A stretch of DNA of 53,638 bases, the filler included, from Porpidia crustulata (taxonomy: Eukaryota): NCBI GenBank assembly GCA_964255105.1. It is 3 parts of 3 records of this genome, joined end to end, with 100 filler letters (N's around TTAATTAATTAA, not from the genome) between each part and the next. Parts side by side here need not be neighbours in the genome. Positions count along the whole stretch, not along the records: positions 17,950 to 35,792 come from CAXUWE010000205.1; positions 35,893 to 53,638 come from CAXUWE010000206.1; 1 more part is not named here. One strand, given 5' to 3'. Below, in pieces: positions 26,867 to 39,737 of the stretch. The position numbers and the translations under genes were made by a program. The notes beneath the pieces are model-generated. The model saw nothing but the letters and a program-made list of their open reading frames with translations, did not search any database and was not told the DNA's origin. The first letter of the stretch is position 1; each line of letters starts with the position of its first letter.

Positions 26867-27056
26867 AAGGTGGAAACATAAATGCTTCAATGCGGTTCTG
26901 TCAAGTGGTGAAGGAGTCAAAGCGCGCTAAGACAGTTACTCCGTGCAACAGATTTATCAGTACCTTATCAACAAAGGCATTGATCATCTTCGCGTAGATA
27001 CCAAAGAGCTACCACTGCTCGGCACACTGGATTTGCCATAGGCGTCCCTTCTAGCT

Positions 27057-28849
27057 ATGGGTATCAAACCACCATTTATTTACGATCATCCATCGAAGTA
27101 CTCGTTCTCTGGGCCTACAGAAAAAGCCTTCAATCCAAAAGCCGCCTCACATTCATCATGGTCCCCTCCGAGAGCACGTCCGAAATCAGAGGGACCGTTA
27201 ATTCATTCGAAAGAGTTCAATAGACATCCTGATTCCTATTTTGTCGTGTAAGTACCAATAGGTTGAGTCATAAGGTACCGCTGCTCATAATGTTGTCTAG
27301 CCCATATGGAAACCTAGATTGGAAACCTATGAGCCCAAGAACCAAAGTTAAGGTCAAGTATGTTAGATGGACACAGTTGTTCTTTCGGCTATGCGCGCTT
27401 TTAGGAGCAGTTGGTATGCTTTTCTGCGTCATATGCATCAAAGGAGTGCCAGACTCTACGGTCTGGATCATGAGAGTACCGGTACGTTTCGTGGATTGCA
27501 GCTATCGGTACTATACTGACGTTCCACAACAGCCTGGCATTGCAATTTTGCATACAACATACGCCGTCTATCATCTTGCTCGCCCAGCCAAGGGGCGTAC
27601 ACCAACATCCTCAGCGAGCTACATGTTATTCGCAGCCGTTATTGATGTTGGCTTGATACCATTCTTCGTCTTTACGGCGATGATGGCTCGGACTCAATAC
27701 AGGGAACCGGGAAATACACACGGCCATTGGTCAACTCTATTTGGGTCAGTAGTTGCCGACTACAAAATCGTGTTTGCCCTATTCCTCGTCAGCGTGGTCA
27801 ATGGTGGCATCTATCTGATCTCGCTTCTCATTGACCTATACCTGGCAATTATCTTTCGCAAAATCTCAACTCTACCGCCCGATATGAATCCTCTAGAAGA
27901 TAATCTTACGTCACGGCATAAACGGAACAAGTCCTCTCTTCTTGACAACCGCAGCAGTCAAGCTACCACATCGACAACGAGCCCAAACCGCGGATCTCGC
28001 GCCTCGGATCCTCTCATCTCTCCGCCACGTACTGTCCCCTTCATGCATACTCGCAATGATTCCCATACAAACATATGCGACGTCCCACACCCTACCGCAA
28101 GCCCCAGAGCTTCCCAGCTAGACCTGCAAGGCCCGGCCTACGAACAATCCCTCTCACAGAGATCGTCGCGGGCAAATATTGCATTATCACCGCCCAACGA
28201 CCGAATATTCTATAAACAGCCTCAATCTCTACAGTCCTCTCGAACCAACCTCCCACGATCCCCCACCAAAGCCAAATCCTTCATCAACGACCGCCAAGAA
28301 ACTTCAAGCACCTCCGCTGCTGACATAAAGCGCTCCCCAACAAAATCCTCATCTGTCTACAGCGACTCGTCTGCCCGTCCGCCTTCAACCCGGCCTCACT
28401 CAACCGTCTCGGACAATAATTGGATAAGGCACCCCTCTCCCCCTATCGAGTTCAAACATCTCCGCCAAACATACACTCCGCTACCGCAATCTTCACCCTT
28501 TGACAGTGAGAATCTATTACCAAGACCCCTGGAAATGAATCCTCCCACACCGCCTAACGTACAGTGGCGCGGCACCCAATACAGACCTCTGGAACCTGCA
28601 ACTGGTAACGGGAATTTCACCGTTGGAGGCGTAGGAAGTTTGGGAATTGGCAAGGCGAAAGGATACGGGAATCTGGGCGCAGGCAATACGAACATGGGAG
28701 GAAGGGGAAACGGCGGAGGAGGAAGAGTAGTCAGTCGATCGGGAGTAGAGGTAGGGCAAGCGGTTGGAAATGGAAGAGGAGTCAGGGCAAGGGATGTTAG
28801 TGGTAAGATTGCCGAGGAGGGTAGGGGGACTTTGGGGAAGGCCTTTTGA
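27057..28849 (+). CDS. Uncharacterised 4-TM (MARVEL-like) membrane protein with long S/P/R-rich C-terminal tail
   Basis: Exon 1 MGIKPPFIYD..FNRHPDSY; introns 27248-27300 and 27482-27532; four hydrophobic segments, then LPPDMNPLEDNLTSR and a low-complexity tail ending RDVSGKIAEEGRG. Confidence 0.75.
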
Positions 28850-28871
28850 TTCAACTGCTTGTGAAATAAAT

Positions 28872-28943
28872 AATAGTAGGTTTTGTTCATAGGCAATATT
28901 GTGGGATAATGGAGTTCAGATAAATAGTAGGTTTTATTCATAG
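28872..28943 (+). repeat. 21-nt direct repeat in 3'UTR region
   Basis: AATAGTAGGTTTTGTTCATAG (28872-28892) and AATAGTAGGTTTTATTCATAG (28923-28943), one mismatch. Confidence 0.8.
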
Positions 28944-29222
28944 CCGATTTTTAGGAAAATGGATCAAAGATAAACCCGAGTGTGAATTGCTCGGCTGTCA
29001 TGACATATTGGCGAGAAGATAATGCCAGAAAGATAATCAACTTACGAGGTTTCATAGAGTATATTACTCCTTACCATCTCAACGCAATTCCCTCATTCAA
29101 ATGGGACACATCGGTTGATATTCCAGCGCCCACGTAGATTCTAAGTCGACATTTCACATTCTGGATTTTCAGTCAAGCGACACCGGGCGGCTGATGACCG
29201 TAGATTTCACATCGCCAGCTTC

Positions 29223-29798
29223 TTGCTGACGGGATTCACCAAAGGTAGACCTAATCCGTCATGGGTGGAGGCACAGCTTGTACCGGCATCAGCGTATGAT
29301 AGACTCGTGCCAAACCGTACTTTGGTAAAGAGTAGTTTATATCGCTTGAAGGAAACACTCAACGCGATGTTGGAAGGACAGGAAACTCAGAACACACTGG
29401 GGTTTATATTTTGTCAAATGTGTCCGATATCTTTCTCACGATTGCGGGAGAGAGTTATCAAGTGTTTGATCGGGGTTCGGGCGACATCTCTCCTTGGGTT
29501 ACGAACGACCCTCATGTAGATATCCCTTTGAAGTCTAGATTGTGATTACTCTTGCTTTTCCATGTCCATTTCCATTCTTCTCTTTGCGGAGTAGGGTCAT
29601 GCGATATCGAGATGTAACTTCGGCTTTGCTGGTTCCTATACTCACCAGACTGTGAAGGGGAATGTTGGGCCCGCATTGCCTACACTGAGAGGGCTGTTGG
29701 ATAATGTTTGCGTGTCTGCTATCACATTGCTCTTGAAAGACACTGTACCCGATGGGTTATTCAATCGTAGCTATACTTTTAGGTAGCACAGTATCTGA
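29223..29798 (+). pseudogene. Probable decayed gene of unknown family
   Basis: One frame gives protein-like sequence (SWVEAQLVP..NTLGFIF..VIKCLIGV..; NFGFAGSYTHQT..LLDNVCVSAITLLLKDTVPDGLFNRSYTFR) broken by a cluster of stops at about 29517-29595; no clean start. Confidence 0.4.
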
Positions 29799-30079
29799 CA
29801 TGAACAAAAGAGCCATTCATCTTAACGCTGATGCATTATTACCATATGAGTTCTGAGTTGGTTATTGTCGTTAAGCCAGACCCTGAGATCTATCTTTGTT
29901 TTGGATAGCGGGTTTATATTTAATCATTTGAATGGTCTGTGATCCAAGAATTTAGCTAACTCGATGCCGCTCACTACGCAGCGATGTCATGATGATCTTC
30001 CGTAGCTGAGGCTGTTGGCGAGCTTTTGTGGTCAGTGAGAACACCGAAACGCCGTATTGTATGTCATTGATGTGTTTCG

Positions 30080-30363
30080 GCAGTATTTGAATTTAGCCCT
30101 TTGTCATCTGCACGAGCTGCCCAATTTCCGCCGGGTAGCTATAAAATTGATCAGTAGGCGGTACTAGGAGATGGCTTTACGGCAGGCTTTGGTCAGGCGT
30201 GCCTGATGATAACGATCCATTTTGCAAACGCTATTCTGAAGCATATCTGCTTTCCCTGTTCAAAAGTTCCTGCATGGTAGACCACGATGATAGTTCGCGG
30301 AAATTCGAGTTTGTTGCATGCTCAGGCGCAGCGATTCAGGACGTTTTAGATACTACGTCCTGA
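30080..30363 (+). pseudogene. SGNH/GDSL (SEST-like) hydrolase N-terminal relic
   Basis: KIDQ*AVLGDGFTAGFG / (frameshift near 30193) SGVPDDNDPFCKRYSEAY...RKFEFVACSGAAIQDVL matches SGNH block I (ALGDSxxAG) and block II (FxACSGA); in-frame TAG at 30155. Confidence 0.7.
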
Positions 30364-30805
30364 GCAATGACTGTGTCAACAACTAGACAGTCACGACAGT
30401 GTCATCGTTTGAGTACGGAAAGCCAGGGCTTTCGGATTATCCTAGAAGCAGCTCAGCAAGACCCGCTCGAGAAGCGAAGACAATGGCCAGTCCGTTCTGT
30501 GTTGCTTCTGTACAAAGTGAGAGATTGGACTTTCTCTTATTGTGGTCGTTGAAACACGATTATCACCGTCGAGCATGACTTATGTTTGGATGGCCTGCCC
30601 GATGTACATAATCACTCGTATGATTTCCCATTGAATGAAATCTCTTGACGCATTCAGTCTGTTGGCGTCCTTGGTCTCCGATGGGTAAACTGAAGAAATT
30701 GTCTAAATACTAAGTTACCTCACTCACACATCGTTAGCGCACTCTGACGTTGGAATATGATGATTTGGCTTCATAGGGCTGATCCCGTCGTCAACGGTCT
30801 AGCAT

Positions 30806-30820
30806 TTTCGGGAAGCTTCG
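30806..30820 (+). promoter_or_regulatory. Heat-shock element (nTTCnnGAAnnTTCn)
   Basis: tTTCggGAAgcTTCg, three perfect inverted nGAAn units about 200 nt upstream of the Hsp88 ATG. Confidence 0.75.
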
Positions 30821-31018
30821 AAAACAAAACCGACCAGCCAAAATGACACAAAACAACTTAGACAGCATACAAACAGAACAGCCATTTCATACACTTGTCT
30901 AAACCACCAGACGCACACACTGGCCTACCTCAAGAAATATTTCTTACAGGTGTCTCATTTTCTTTTCAATCCTAAGAGATATTTTCCCCGGTGACGATAA
31001 GCCAGAGGCAGGAACAAG

Positions 31019-33593
31019 ATGAGTGTCGTAGGTGTCGATTTCGGTACGCTCAATACCGTTATAGCTGTAGCGCGTAATCGGGGTGTCGATGTGGTATGTG
31101 GTTTACCTTGAGTATTTATTCCTAAAGAATAGTAGCTGACTTTGTTTCAGATCACTAATGAGGTCTCAAATCGAGCTACACCGTCCGTATCACCCCAGCC
31201 CAACGCTTGTGTGCCCGACTGACAGTGAACAGATCCCTCGTTGGATTCGGGCCGAAAAGCAGATACATCGGGGAGCCAGCTAAAACACAAGAGATTTCTA
31301 ACCTCAAAAACACTGTGGGATCCTTGAAACGCTTGGCCGGCCGTTCTCTCAACGACCCGGACGTACAAATCGAACGCGAATATGTTTCGGCAGCGCTCGT
31401 GGATATGAAAGGTACGGTGGGCGCAGAGGTCACATATCTGGGTAAAAAGGAGCAATTTACTGCGACGCAGCTCTGCTCCACGTTCTTTAGCAAAGTCAAG
31501 GCAACGGCCTCCGCAGAGCTAAAGCTGCCTGTATCAGATATCGTCATTAGCGTCCCGCCATGGTTTACCGATGTGCAGCGGAGAGCTATAATGGATGCGG
31601 CGGAGATCGCTGGACTAAAACTACTTCGTCTCATCAACGACACTACAGCGACGGCGCTTGGCTACGGAATTACCAAGCTGGACCTTCCGGCGGCCGAAGA
31701 AAAGCCAAGGCGCATAGCTTTCGTAGATATCGGGCATTCCAACTATCTTTGCTCGATTGTTGAATTCAAGAAGGGTGAATTAGCAGTCAAGTCTACGACG
31801 TGGGATAGGCATTTTGGCGGACGGGACTTCGATAAAGCTCTGGTGGACCACTTTGCAAAGGAATTCAAGGAGAAGTACAAAATTGATATCAAAACCAATC
31901 CAAAGGCTCTCGTACGAGTTGCGGCTGCCGCGGAAAAGATGAAGAAGATTTTATCCGCAAATGCTCAAGCCCCTATCAGCATCGAATCTCTTATGAACGA
32001 CGTGGATGTGCAGGGTTTGATGAAGCGCGAAGAATTAGAGGAGCTGCTTCAACCCCTCCTTGAACGTGCTACAATTCCTCTCGAGCAGGCCTTAGCAGAG
32101 GCGAAGCTTAAGATTGAGGACATTGACTACGTCGAGATGGTTGGTGGGTGCACTCGAGTTCCGTCCTTGAAGGATAGAATTAGCAAATTCTTTCAAAAAC
32201 CGCTGTCTTTCACGCTCAACCAAGATGAAGCGGTTGCTCGTGGATGCGCTTTCAGTTGTGCCATCCTATCGCCAGTTTTCCGTGTGCGAGATTTCTCGGT
32301 TCACGACATTGTGAACTACCCTATTGAATTCAGCTGGGAGCAGTCTCCTGATATACCCGACGAGGACACGAGTCTAACTGTCTTCAACAAAGGCAACGTT
32401 ATGCCATCCACTAAGATTCTTACCTTCTATCGAAAGCAGCCTTTTGATTTGGAGGCCAAATACGCAAAACCCGAGGTACTGCCGGGCAAAATGGACCCTT
32501 GGATCGGTCGATTTTCCGTCAAGGCGGTTGCTGCAAGTTCAAAGGATGATTTCATGATCTGCAAGTTAAAAGCACGCCTAAATCTTCACGGAATTCTTAA
32601 CGTCGAATCTGGGTATTACGTAGAAGAAATAGAGGTCGAGGAGCCGATTGCTGAGGAGAAGGAAGGAGACAAGAAGGAAGGAGAAAAGAAAGAAGGTGAT
32701 AAGAAAGAAGGTGACAAGAAAGAAGGCGAAGTAAGTACAAATCCATCTTCTGGGTTATCTTCATTCACCAACAACCCTTCGATCATTGAGGGACCATCGA
32801 AGCTTAAAGGCTTATTCAAAGACGCATACGCCGGCTACAAGAAAGCATTTACTGGGCACACGTCGCTAACGAAATCGGATCAGGCAATGGAAACGGATCC
32901 CCCAAACGGCACCGCCGAACCCAAACCGAAAACTCGAAAAGTCAAAAAGCAGGTCCGCAAAGGCGAATTACCGTTATCATCAGGTACACATTCACTTGAC
33001 CAGGCTACTAAAGACGCTGCTGCCGAGAAGGAGGGCTCCATGTTCATGGAGGATAAGCTTGTTGCGGATACGGAAGACAAGAAGAATGAACTCGAGGGTT
33101 ATATCTACGAGTTAAGGGGGAAAATAGATGAGCGGTACTCGGAATTCGCAAGCGACGAGGAGAAGGCAAAGCTAAAGGAGAAACTAGAACAGAGCGAGGT
33201 AAGTATCCTTGGGGTGGCCAAAGTTCTATCGTAGAAGTATACTGATCTCATCAATAGGACTGGCTCTACGACGAAGGCGAAGACGCTACTAGAGGTGTTT
33301 ACGTCGCCAAGATGGATGAGATACGTTTTGTCGCAGGGCCCATCGTTGGACGGTATCAAGACAAAGTTGAGGAGGAACGTCAAGCGGTTCTCAAGATCGA
33401 AGAGGAAAAGGCCGCAAAGAAGAAAGCCGATTTGGAAGCAAAGAAGAAGGCTGAAGAAGAAGCGAAGAAGGCCGCTGAAGCGAAGAAAGCACCGGCTGAA
33501 GGAACGAACGGTAAAGCTAATAACGCTCAAGATGCGGAAATGACAGATGCGGAAACGGTAAAGCCGGACGGAGTGGACGAGCCAATGGACTGA
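31019..33593 (+). CDS. SSE1: Hsp110-family chaperone / nucleotide exchange factor (Hsp88/Sse1)
   Basis: MSVVGVDFGTLNTVIAVARNRGVDV|ITNEVSNRATP|SLVGFG, LNQDEAVARGCA, KLKARLNLHG, EDKLVADTEDKKNELE, DWLYDEGED; introns 31093-31150, 31183-31232, 32731-32883, 33199-33257. Confidence 0.97.
32659..32730 (+). repeat. Coding 15-nt tandem repeat (KKEG[D/E])x~5 in Hsp88 acidic loop
   Basis: aaggaaggagacaag aaggaaggagaaaag aaagaaggtgataag aaagaaggtgacaag aaagaaggcgaa. Confidence 0.85.
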
Positions 33594-34174
33594 GGCAGGG
33601 AATACAAGGAATTAGAAGCGAGTAGGTCTGAAGGGACAACAGATACCTTATGCGAGCATGCATAGCGAGTCGATTGTTACCGTGCTTGCAGTGTTTACTT
33701 TTTCAGCAATAAATACTTGCGGAAATTACGATAGATCCATGATAGACAGGTTACACGAGAGCTACAAGATGATAGCGTGACATGTGATGAGGATTAAGTC
33801 AGTCAGTCATGGTACAATCATGAAGCAATCTGCTCTTAGGCACGATCAAGACCTGAAGTGTTGACAATCATTGTTTGTGTAGGTAGGTGAGAACCAATGA
33901 AGCATGTGATTGTGGAGAAATCTACCTTCGATACCTCTTAGGCAGCGGGTTGGTTGGCGGATCATCGTCATCGGGCTGAACAAATTGTGAGAGGCTGGGC
34001 CACCTGCAGGTTTTCATCGCTTGATCGCAGCACGACCGTTAGACACTCCATACGGACACCTCTCACCTCAACGTTCATCTGTCCTCTTCCTCCAACCTTA
34101 GAACACGATACTACTAGATCAAATTGCATTGATAATCTTGCACAGTATCAACTACAGCTCTATTGCATTTGACA

Positions 34175-35155
34175 ATGGCACCTCCACCCCCCGCATCCAT
34201 GCCTATGGGCCAGCGAATGATGGCCCTTGCCCAAACATTGCAGTAAGTTGACTATCAACATGTTTACCTCTACCTTGACTTTAACGCGAAGATAGATTCG
34301 GCTGGTTTGTTGGACATCTCACACTTCTCTTTTGCTCGCTACGATATGGCCTGTCGTACATAACCTTCAACTCCTTTTCACGCTCGGCTCGCTTCTCCTA
34401 CCGCACAGCCTTCGTTGCTGCTGCTGCCACCTATGGAATTGTTGTATACAAGGCCTATCGTGCACGTGCGAAGTCGGGAAGCCGTCAACAAGGTGGTCCC
34501 TTGGCTTTGGCTGGCGATGAGAATGTTCAGTATCTAGGTAAGCCTTCTCTCATTTGAGCACGCGACCTGGAATGGAATATGGAAATCACTAACACCTAAT
34601 CCAGCAATGGCCCTCGTATGGCTCTTCTCCCGCCAAGTCCCTCTCGCCCTTCTCCCATTTATGGTGTACTCGATCTTCCACGTTGCAACTTACACCCGCA
34701 CAAACCTCATCCCCACCATCCAACCTTCCTCCTCCGCCCCTTCCCCTGCATCTCCCGGTAAACCAATGAAAGCTTCCTCTCCCCTCGCAGACACCATCGG
34801 GAAATTCGTCAAGGAATACTACGACGCTTCCATGACCCTCGTCGCCTCCCTGGAGATCTTCCTTTGGTTCCGCGTTTTGTTCTCCGCTATCTTGTTCACT
34901 AAGGGTAGCTGGATCCTATTGGCCATCTACACGGTATTTGTGCGCGCCAGATACTCCCAGAGCAGCTTTGTACAGGGTGCGGTTGCGCAAGGGGGGGCAA
35001 GAATCGACGCTCTAATTTCGGGGCAAGGAACCCCACCCGCTGTGAGGCAAGGCTGGGATACGGTCAAAGGGCTTCTGAGGCAAGCAACAGACGCAACAGA
35101 ATTGAGGAGATATGTTGGAGGGCAGCAGGGAGCCGTTCCGAAGAAGGTACAGTAG
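34175..35155 (+). CDS. POM33: Transmembrane nucleoporin / ER protein Pom33/Per33 (TMEM33 family)
   Basis: LAQTLQ|FGWFVGH, AAATYGIVVYK, DENVQYL|AMALVWLF, ALLPFMVYSIFHVATY, FVKEYYD; introns 34243-34295, 34538-34604. Confidence 0.9.
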
Positions 35156-35792
35156 GATGTTGATGAAAGGATGAGGAAGAAATCGCAGCTTGTGATGGGG
35201 GACGATGGAAAATACCATGAGACTAGCACTGCTTGGTCGGGTGCAGGAGCTTCGGAGAGATTGGAAGATAGGAGGTTATTGTATCGACGATGCGTGATTG
35301 TAGAAACGCAGAAAGCGTACAGAGCCGAGCGGGAGGATTTGGGCTGTTCTGTACAGCTCTGCAGGCTTTTACGTCCCTGTATTTCTTCTTCTAGCTCGTT
35401 CTATTTCACCCTCTCCACAGTACACTGTTCGTTTTTGTTTCCCTTGTTTCTGCAGCATGCCACGCTTTCGCCTCTTGAGCTCCAAAACTTCGAACATAGA
35501 TAAACAACGCCCACGGTCTAACGTACTCACAGTACTCGCAGTCAGCGGCGTCAGCAGAAGAGGTCAGTTGTTGTAAAGGTCAGAAGTATGTGACAAAATC
35601 CCGCCCAGAAAAAAAAAACGGCTATCGTGACTTCTGCGGATCACCCGCCAAAAAGAATGAAATCCCAAACATAAAGCATGACTGAAACCACGGCCCACCA
35701 CCAGAATCCCTTATCCTCATCCCCATCTCCACCGGCTATATTCATAATCACCCGCTTATCCCATATCTATCAAACAACCATAAATCCCATCC

Positions 35793-35892
35793 NNNNNNNN
35801 NNNNNNNNNNNNNNNNNNNNNNNNNNNNNNNNNNNNTTAATTAATTAANNNNNNNNNNNNNNNNNNNNNNNNNNNNNNNNNNNNNNNNNNNN
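35793..35892. other. Second assembly gap with TTAATTAATTAA linker
   Basis: N-run, linker at 35837-35848, N-run; 100 nt. Confidence 0.95.
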
Positions 35893-36361
35893 GTGCAGAG
35901 TGGGAATATGCTGGTTCTGCTGAGGGGGGTGGGCGTGAGTGGGTGAATGGATGGGAGGTGTGTGATGTGGTGCAAAGCTTAGCGCCGGCGTTGGGAGGAC
36001 TCCCTTGAGTTGGATTTCTATTTACATATCCGCTATACCAGAGGCTTGGGATAGCCACTGCCTTAGTCTACTTTCATCTAATGTTTATTCCGAAAACCTG
36101 TTACTCATCCGCTAGTAGTATCTCTGCAAGCACGGAATTGCCATCCACGACCCAGTTGGATATCTGTCAATATGCAATCCATCCCCGGGACTAGGCCGAT
36201 TAACCACCTGGAACTATATATATGTCGATCTAACCTTCGCTAAATCAATGGAGGATCAATCCCGAGAACAAGTGGAGGGACTATAGGGGTGTGTGTTGGA
36301 ATGCCTACGCAGCCAAACGCCGTAATCCATGCACAGCGCATATGCGCCGGGGTATCGTCTT

Positions 36362-37691
36362 CTATCCGTCAAGCTCCTCCGACCCCGACACCTCCTCTGT
36401 CCCTGAAGTCTCGGGATCACTAGCTTGTCCGTTTGTTTCCGGCGGTATTTTGGCGAAGTTTGGAATCCCGCCAGCAGATCCAAAGAAATCCGCCGTCCTG
36501 AGTCCTCTGATCTCATTGGGATCGATCCCGTCCATGTGCGCACCGGATTTTTTCTTTTCCCTGATGTACTCTCGAACAGGGACCATGGCGGCATCTCGGC
36601 AGGCTTCTTTGATGTCGCTTCCCGACATGCCGGCCGTTATCCGCACGAGGTACTCCAAGTCGAAGTGGGATTTTTCGACCCTTGTATCTTTGAGGACTAA
36701 GCCAAGGATTCGTAGTCTTTGTGGCGCAGAGGGTAATGAAATGGGGAATTTCTTCGGCATTCGTCGCAAGATTGCCTCGTCGATGTCTTGTATTCGATTC
36801 GTAGCACCTAGGACAAGGATACGCTGAGGTTCGCCACCCACATCGGCAGAGGTCAAGCCGTCCCAGAGCGTCATGAACTCGGCCTTGACCATGCCGCTAG
36901 CCTCATGCTCTCCACTCTTTCTCGTGCCTAAAACGGCGTCTATTTCATCGATGAAAACTATGGCTGGTTGGAGTTTCCGGGCTAATGAGAAGACGGCATT
37001 GACGAGCTTGTTCGAGTCTCCATACCACTTTTCTGTTAGTGTTGATATGTGTAAATTGATAAAGGTGGCGCCACTCTCATGGGCCAAGGCTTTGGCTAAC
37101 ATGGTCTTCCCACAGCCAGGAGGCCCGTAGAGTAAAACACCGGATGGAGCTGATAGTAGTGAGGACGCGTGCGAATAGAGGTGAGGCATAGTAAGAGGGT
37201 AGATGACGGATTCCCGAAGTTCTTCTATGATTGTTGAAAGGCCCCCAATATCTACCCAAGGTACTGGTCAGCTCTGATAAGAAGCCCCATAGATTCCAGG
37301 CCTACCTTCGAACGAGACCGGAATATCTTCAGGAGCAACGACATCCATAGCCACTAGTTGCTCATATTGATTGAGCACCAAGTTCTCTTTTCTTGGCCTT
37401 CGATTTCTTTCATTGCCAGCCTTATTTTCTTCCCCCCCACCTTCTCTATCTAACTTTCGTAGAACTGCTGCTGCGGCCGATTGCCGTTTTGATGATTCCT
37501 TCTGTCCATCCGGATCTATTCGCTGGAAAGCGTATCGAATCAGATAGTACATCGAAACATTCTGTAGGATCCTAGTCAGTTCCCTGTTCAAATAGCGTCC
37601 TTCATTACCGTAAGAGTACGGAAACTGTACCTACAGCAGCCGCGATAAGTATTAGATCTTGCAGCATTCCGTATCTCCGGTTTGATGACAT
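36362..37691 (-). CDS. MSP1: Membrane-anchored AAA ATPase Msp1 (ATAD1)
   Basis: LNQYEQ, VVAPEDIPVSFE|DIGGL, GVLLYGPPGCGKTMLAKALA, KWYGDSNKLV, FIDEID, EFMTLWDGL, GATNRIQDIDEAILRRMP; two introns (37562-37634 and near 37.25-37.31 kb). Confidence 0.95.
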
Positions 37692-38027
37692 TTTGCTGGT
37701 CTGAATATATCGTTGAGAGAGTCCAAACGTTGCAATTGCCAGAAGCTGAGCTGCCTTCTTGAGTGTAAGTAGCCTAAAAACGTATTTGATTACCTAACTA
37801 AGTATTGACGATGCGTCTTACTAGTCATGCTAGTCAATCTCAGGCCGAGGCTAACTAGTACTAACCGTGCCGAGCTAATCCTCAGCCTTATCCATGTATT
37901 GTTGACGCCATTTTCGTGTGTTTACATCCTCATCGCGACGGTTCAGTCGGCCTCTTGAATAAAACAGCTGATAATTGGCGCGACAGAATTTCTCACGGCG
38001 ACTCATCACAGTACTTGGTTCCAAGTC

Positions 38028-39737
38028 ATGCCGAAACGAAAAGCAGTGGCTTCGCTGGCAGGATTCGCTGGGTCTGACGTTGATATGGACATGGAGAGCG
38101 AGGCCGATGCTCTCCCCACGCCGGAGTCGAATCAAGGAATCTCAGGACCTGTGAAGAAGAGTCGGAGCAAAATAAAACCTGCGGCAAGCAAATTTTCCAA
38201 GCCAAGGGCAAAAGCACCTTCACGACGGGTAAGCGGTGGGTCTGCGGCCATCTCAAAGAAAGCAGCTCCCAAGAAGAAGGCCGCGCTTAAGAAGTCGCCG
38301 CTCAACAAAGAAGAAAATAGCCTCAACTGCAATGATACTGAGGAAGTCAACGGATTTGATGCTGAGGCTCAACAACAACCGAAGGAACACGAGTCAGCAG
38401 ATGAGCTGCTACCATTGAAGCAACCAACAAAGCGTGGGAGAAAGCCAGCAGCGAGAAGCTGTCAGACAGAAATAGAGCCATCAGAACGAGTCAAACCGAC
38501 CGAGAAAGACGGAGAGTTTGAGTACACACCAACGGCTATACGCCAGAGCCAATTTTTAAGAAAGGGCCCTTCGGCTTTACCGAAACCAGAGTGCCAGCCA
38601 TTTGCCGAACTTAGAGGCGAAGAGATCATTCCCGAAACGCAGGAGGTGCCAATGAATATGGATACGTTTATTGTCGATGAGGCAGATCAAGAAGAGCCTA
38701 TGCCGCAATCTGTATTCCGCCCAACTGGCAACCTACAAACGGATTCGCGTGCTCGAAAAGCCCCCTTTGCCCGGAGACGAGCTGGAAGTGCTTCTGACAC
38801 GGAGCGACCGGCCATCGACCCAATGACCAGACGCAAGTTGGGAGAAACAACGAAAAAATTTGAGAATTTGGAACTGAAATACAAAAATTTGCGGGAAGTT
38901 GGCATCAAGGACGCTGAAGCAACTTTCGAGAGACTCAAATCGACCTCAGAAGCTAAAGCCAAAGGTATCGTATTTGAATCACTACTTTAATCAATCACTA
39001 ATGCGTCATAGCTGCGAACGACTTAATCATCTCACTAAAGAAGGAATTAGCTACCCAAAAAGCTTTGGCCCAGGAGTCGAAATCTCTGCAAAAACAAGTA
39101 GCCAATAAGGATATAGATGTTGGCAAAGCACAGGCTCTAGCAACTCAACTATCCGCATCGCTTTCTGAGGCACAGAACGAGAATAAAGCTCTTCAAGCTA
39201 AATTGGCTAATGCTAGAAGTGCGTCTGTTGCTGTCGAGAGTGTACACGCCAAAACCCCTGGAAGCGTCATCAAAGGAAAGGGTCAGGCTCGTACCATTAT
39301 GGTCGGCAGTGCAGAGGCCGCCCAGGCCGCGCAGGTAGCCCAGTTGAAGGAGGATCTTTACAGCGATCTCACTGGGCTAATTTTGCGTGGGGTTGAGAGA
39401 GGAGAGGCGTATGATCTATATGATTGTATCCAGACCGGCCGCAATGGCAGTAAGTTCGAATTCGCTGGAGGCAATAAGCTAAGCTCGCGGTATACTGATC
39501 AATCTCCTAGCGCTGCACTTCAAGCTTGCGGTAGCAAATGACACCGATAGCAAAGGCGGTAGTTACGAGGATACAGAGTTCTCTTATACACCGCGCCTAG
39601 ACAGCAATCGTGATCGCGACTTACTCGAGCTACTGCCCGACTACTTGAGAGAAGAGATCGCGTTTTCACGGATGAACGCGGCCATATTCTATGGCAGAGT
39701 TGTCGACACATTGACGAAGAAAAGGGTCGAGGAATGA
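38028..39737 (+). CDS. Monopolin subunit Csm1/Pcs1-like chromosome segregation protein
   Basis: Disordered N-terminus, coiled coil, then LKEDLYSDLTGLI, YDCIQTGRNG|TLHFKL, YTPRLD, LPDYLREEIAF; introns 38965-39011, 39450-39510. Confidence 0.88.
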
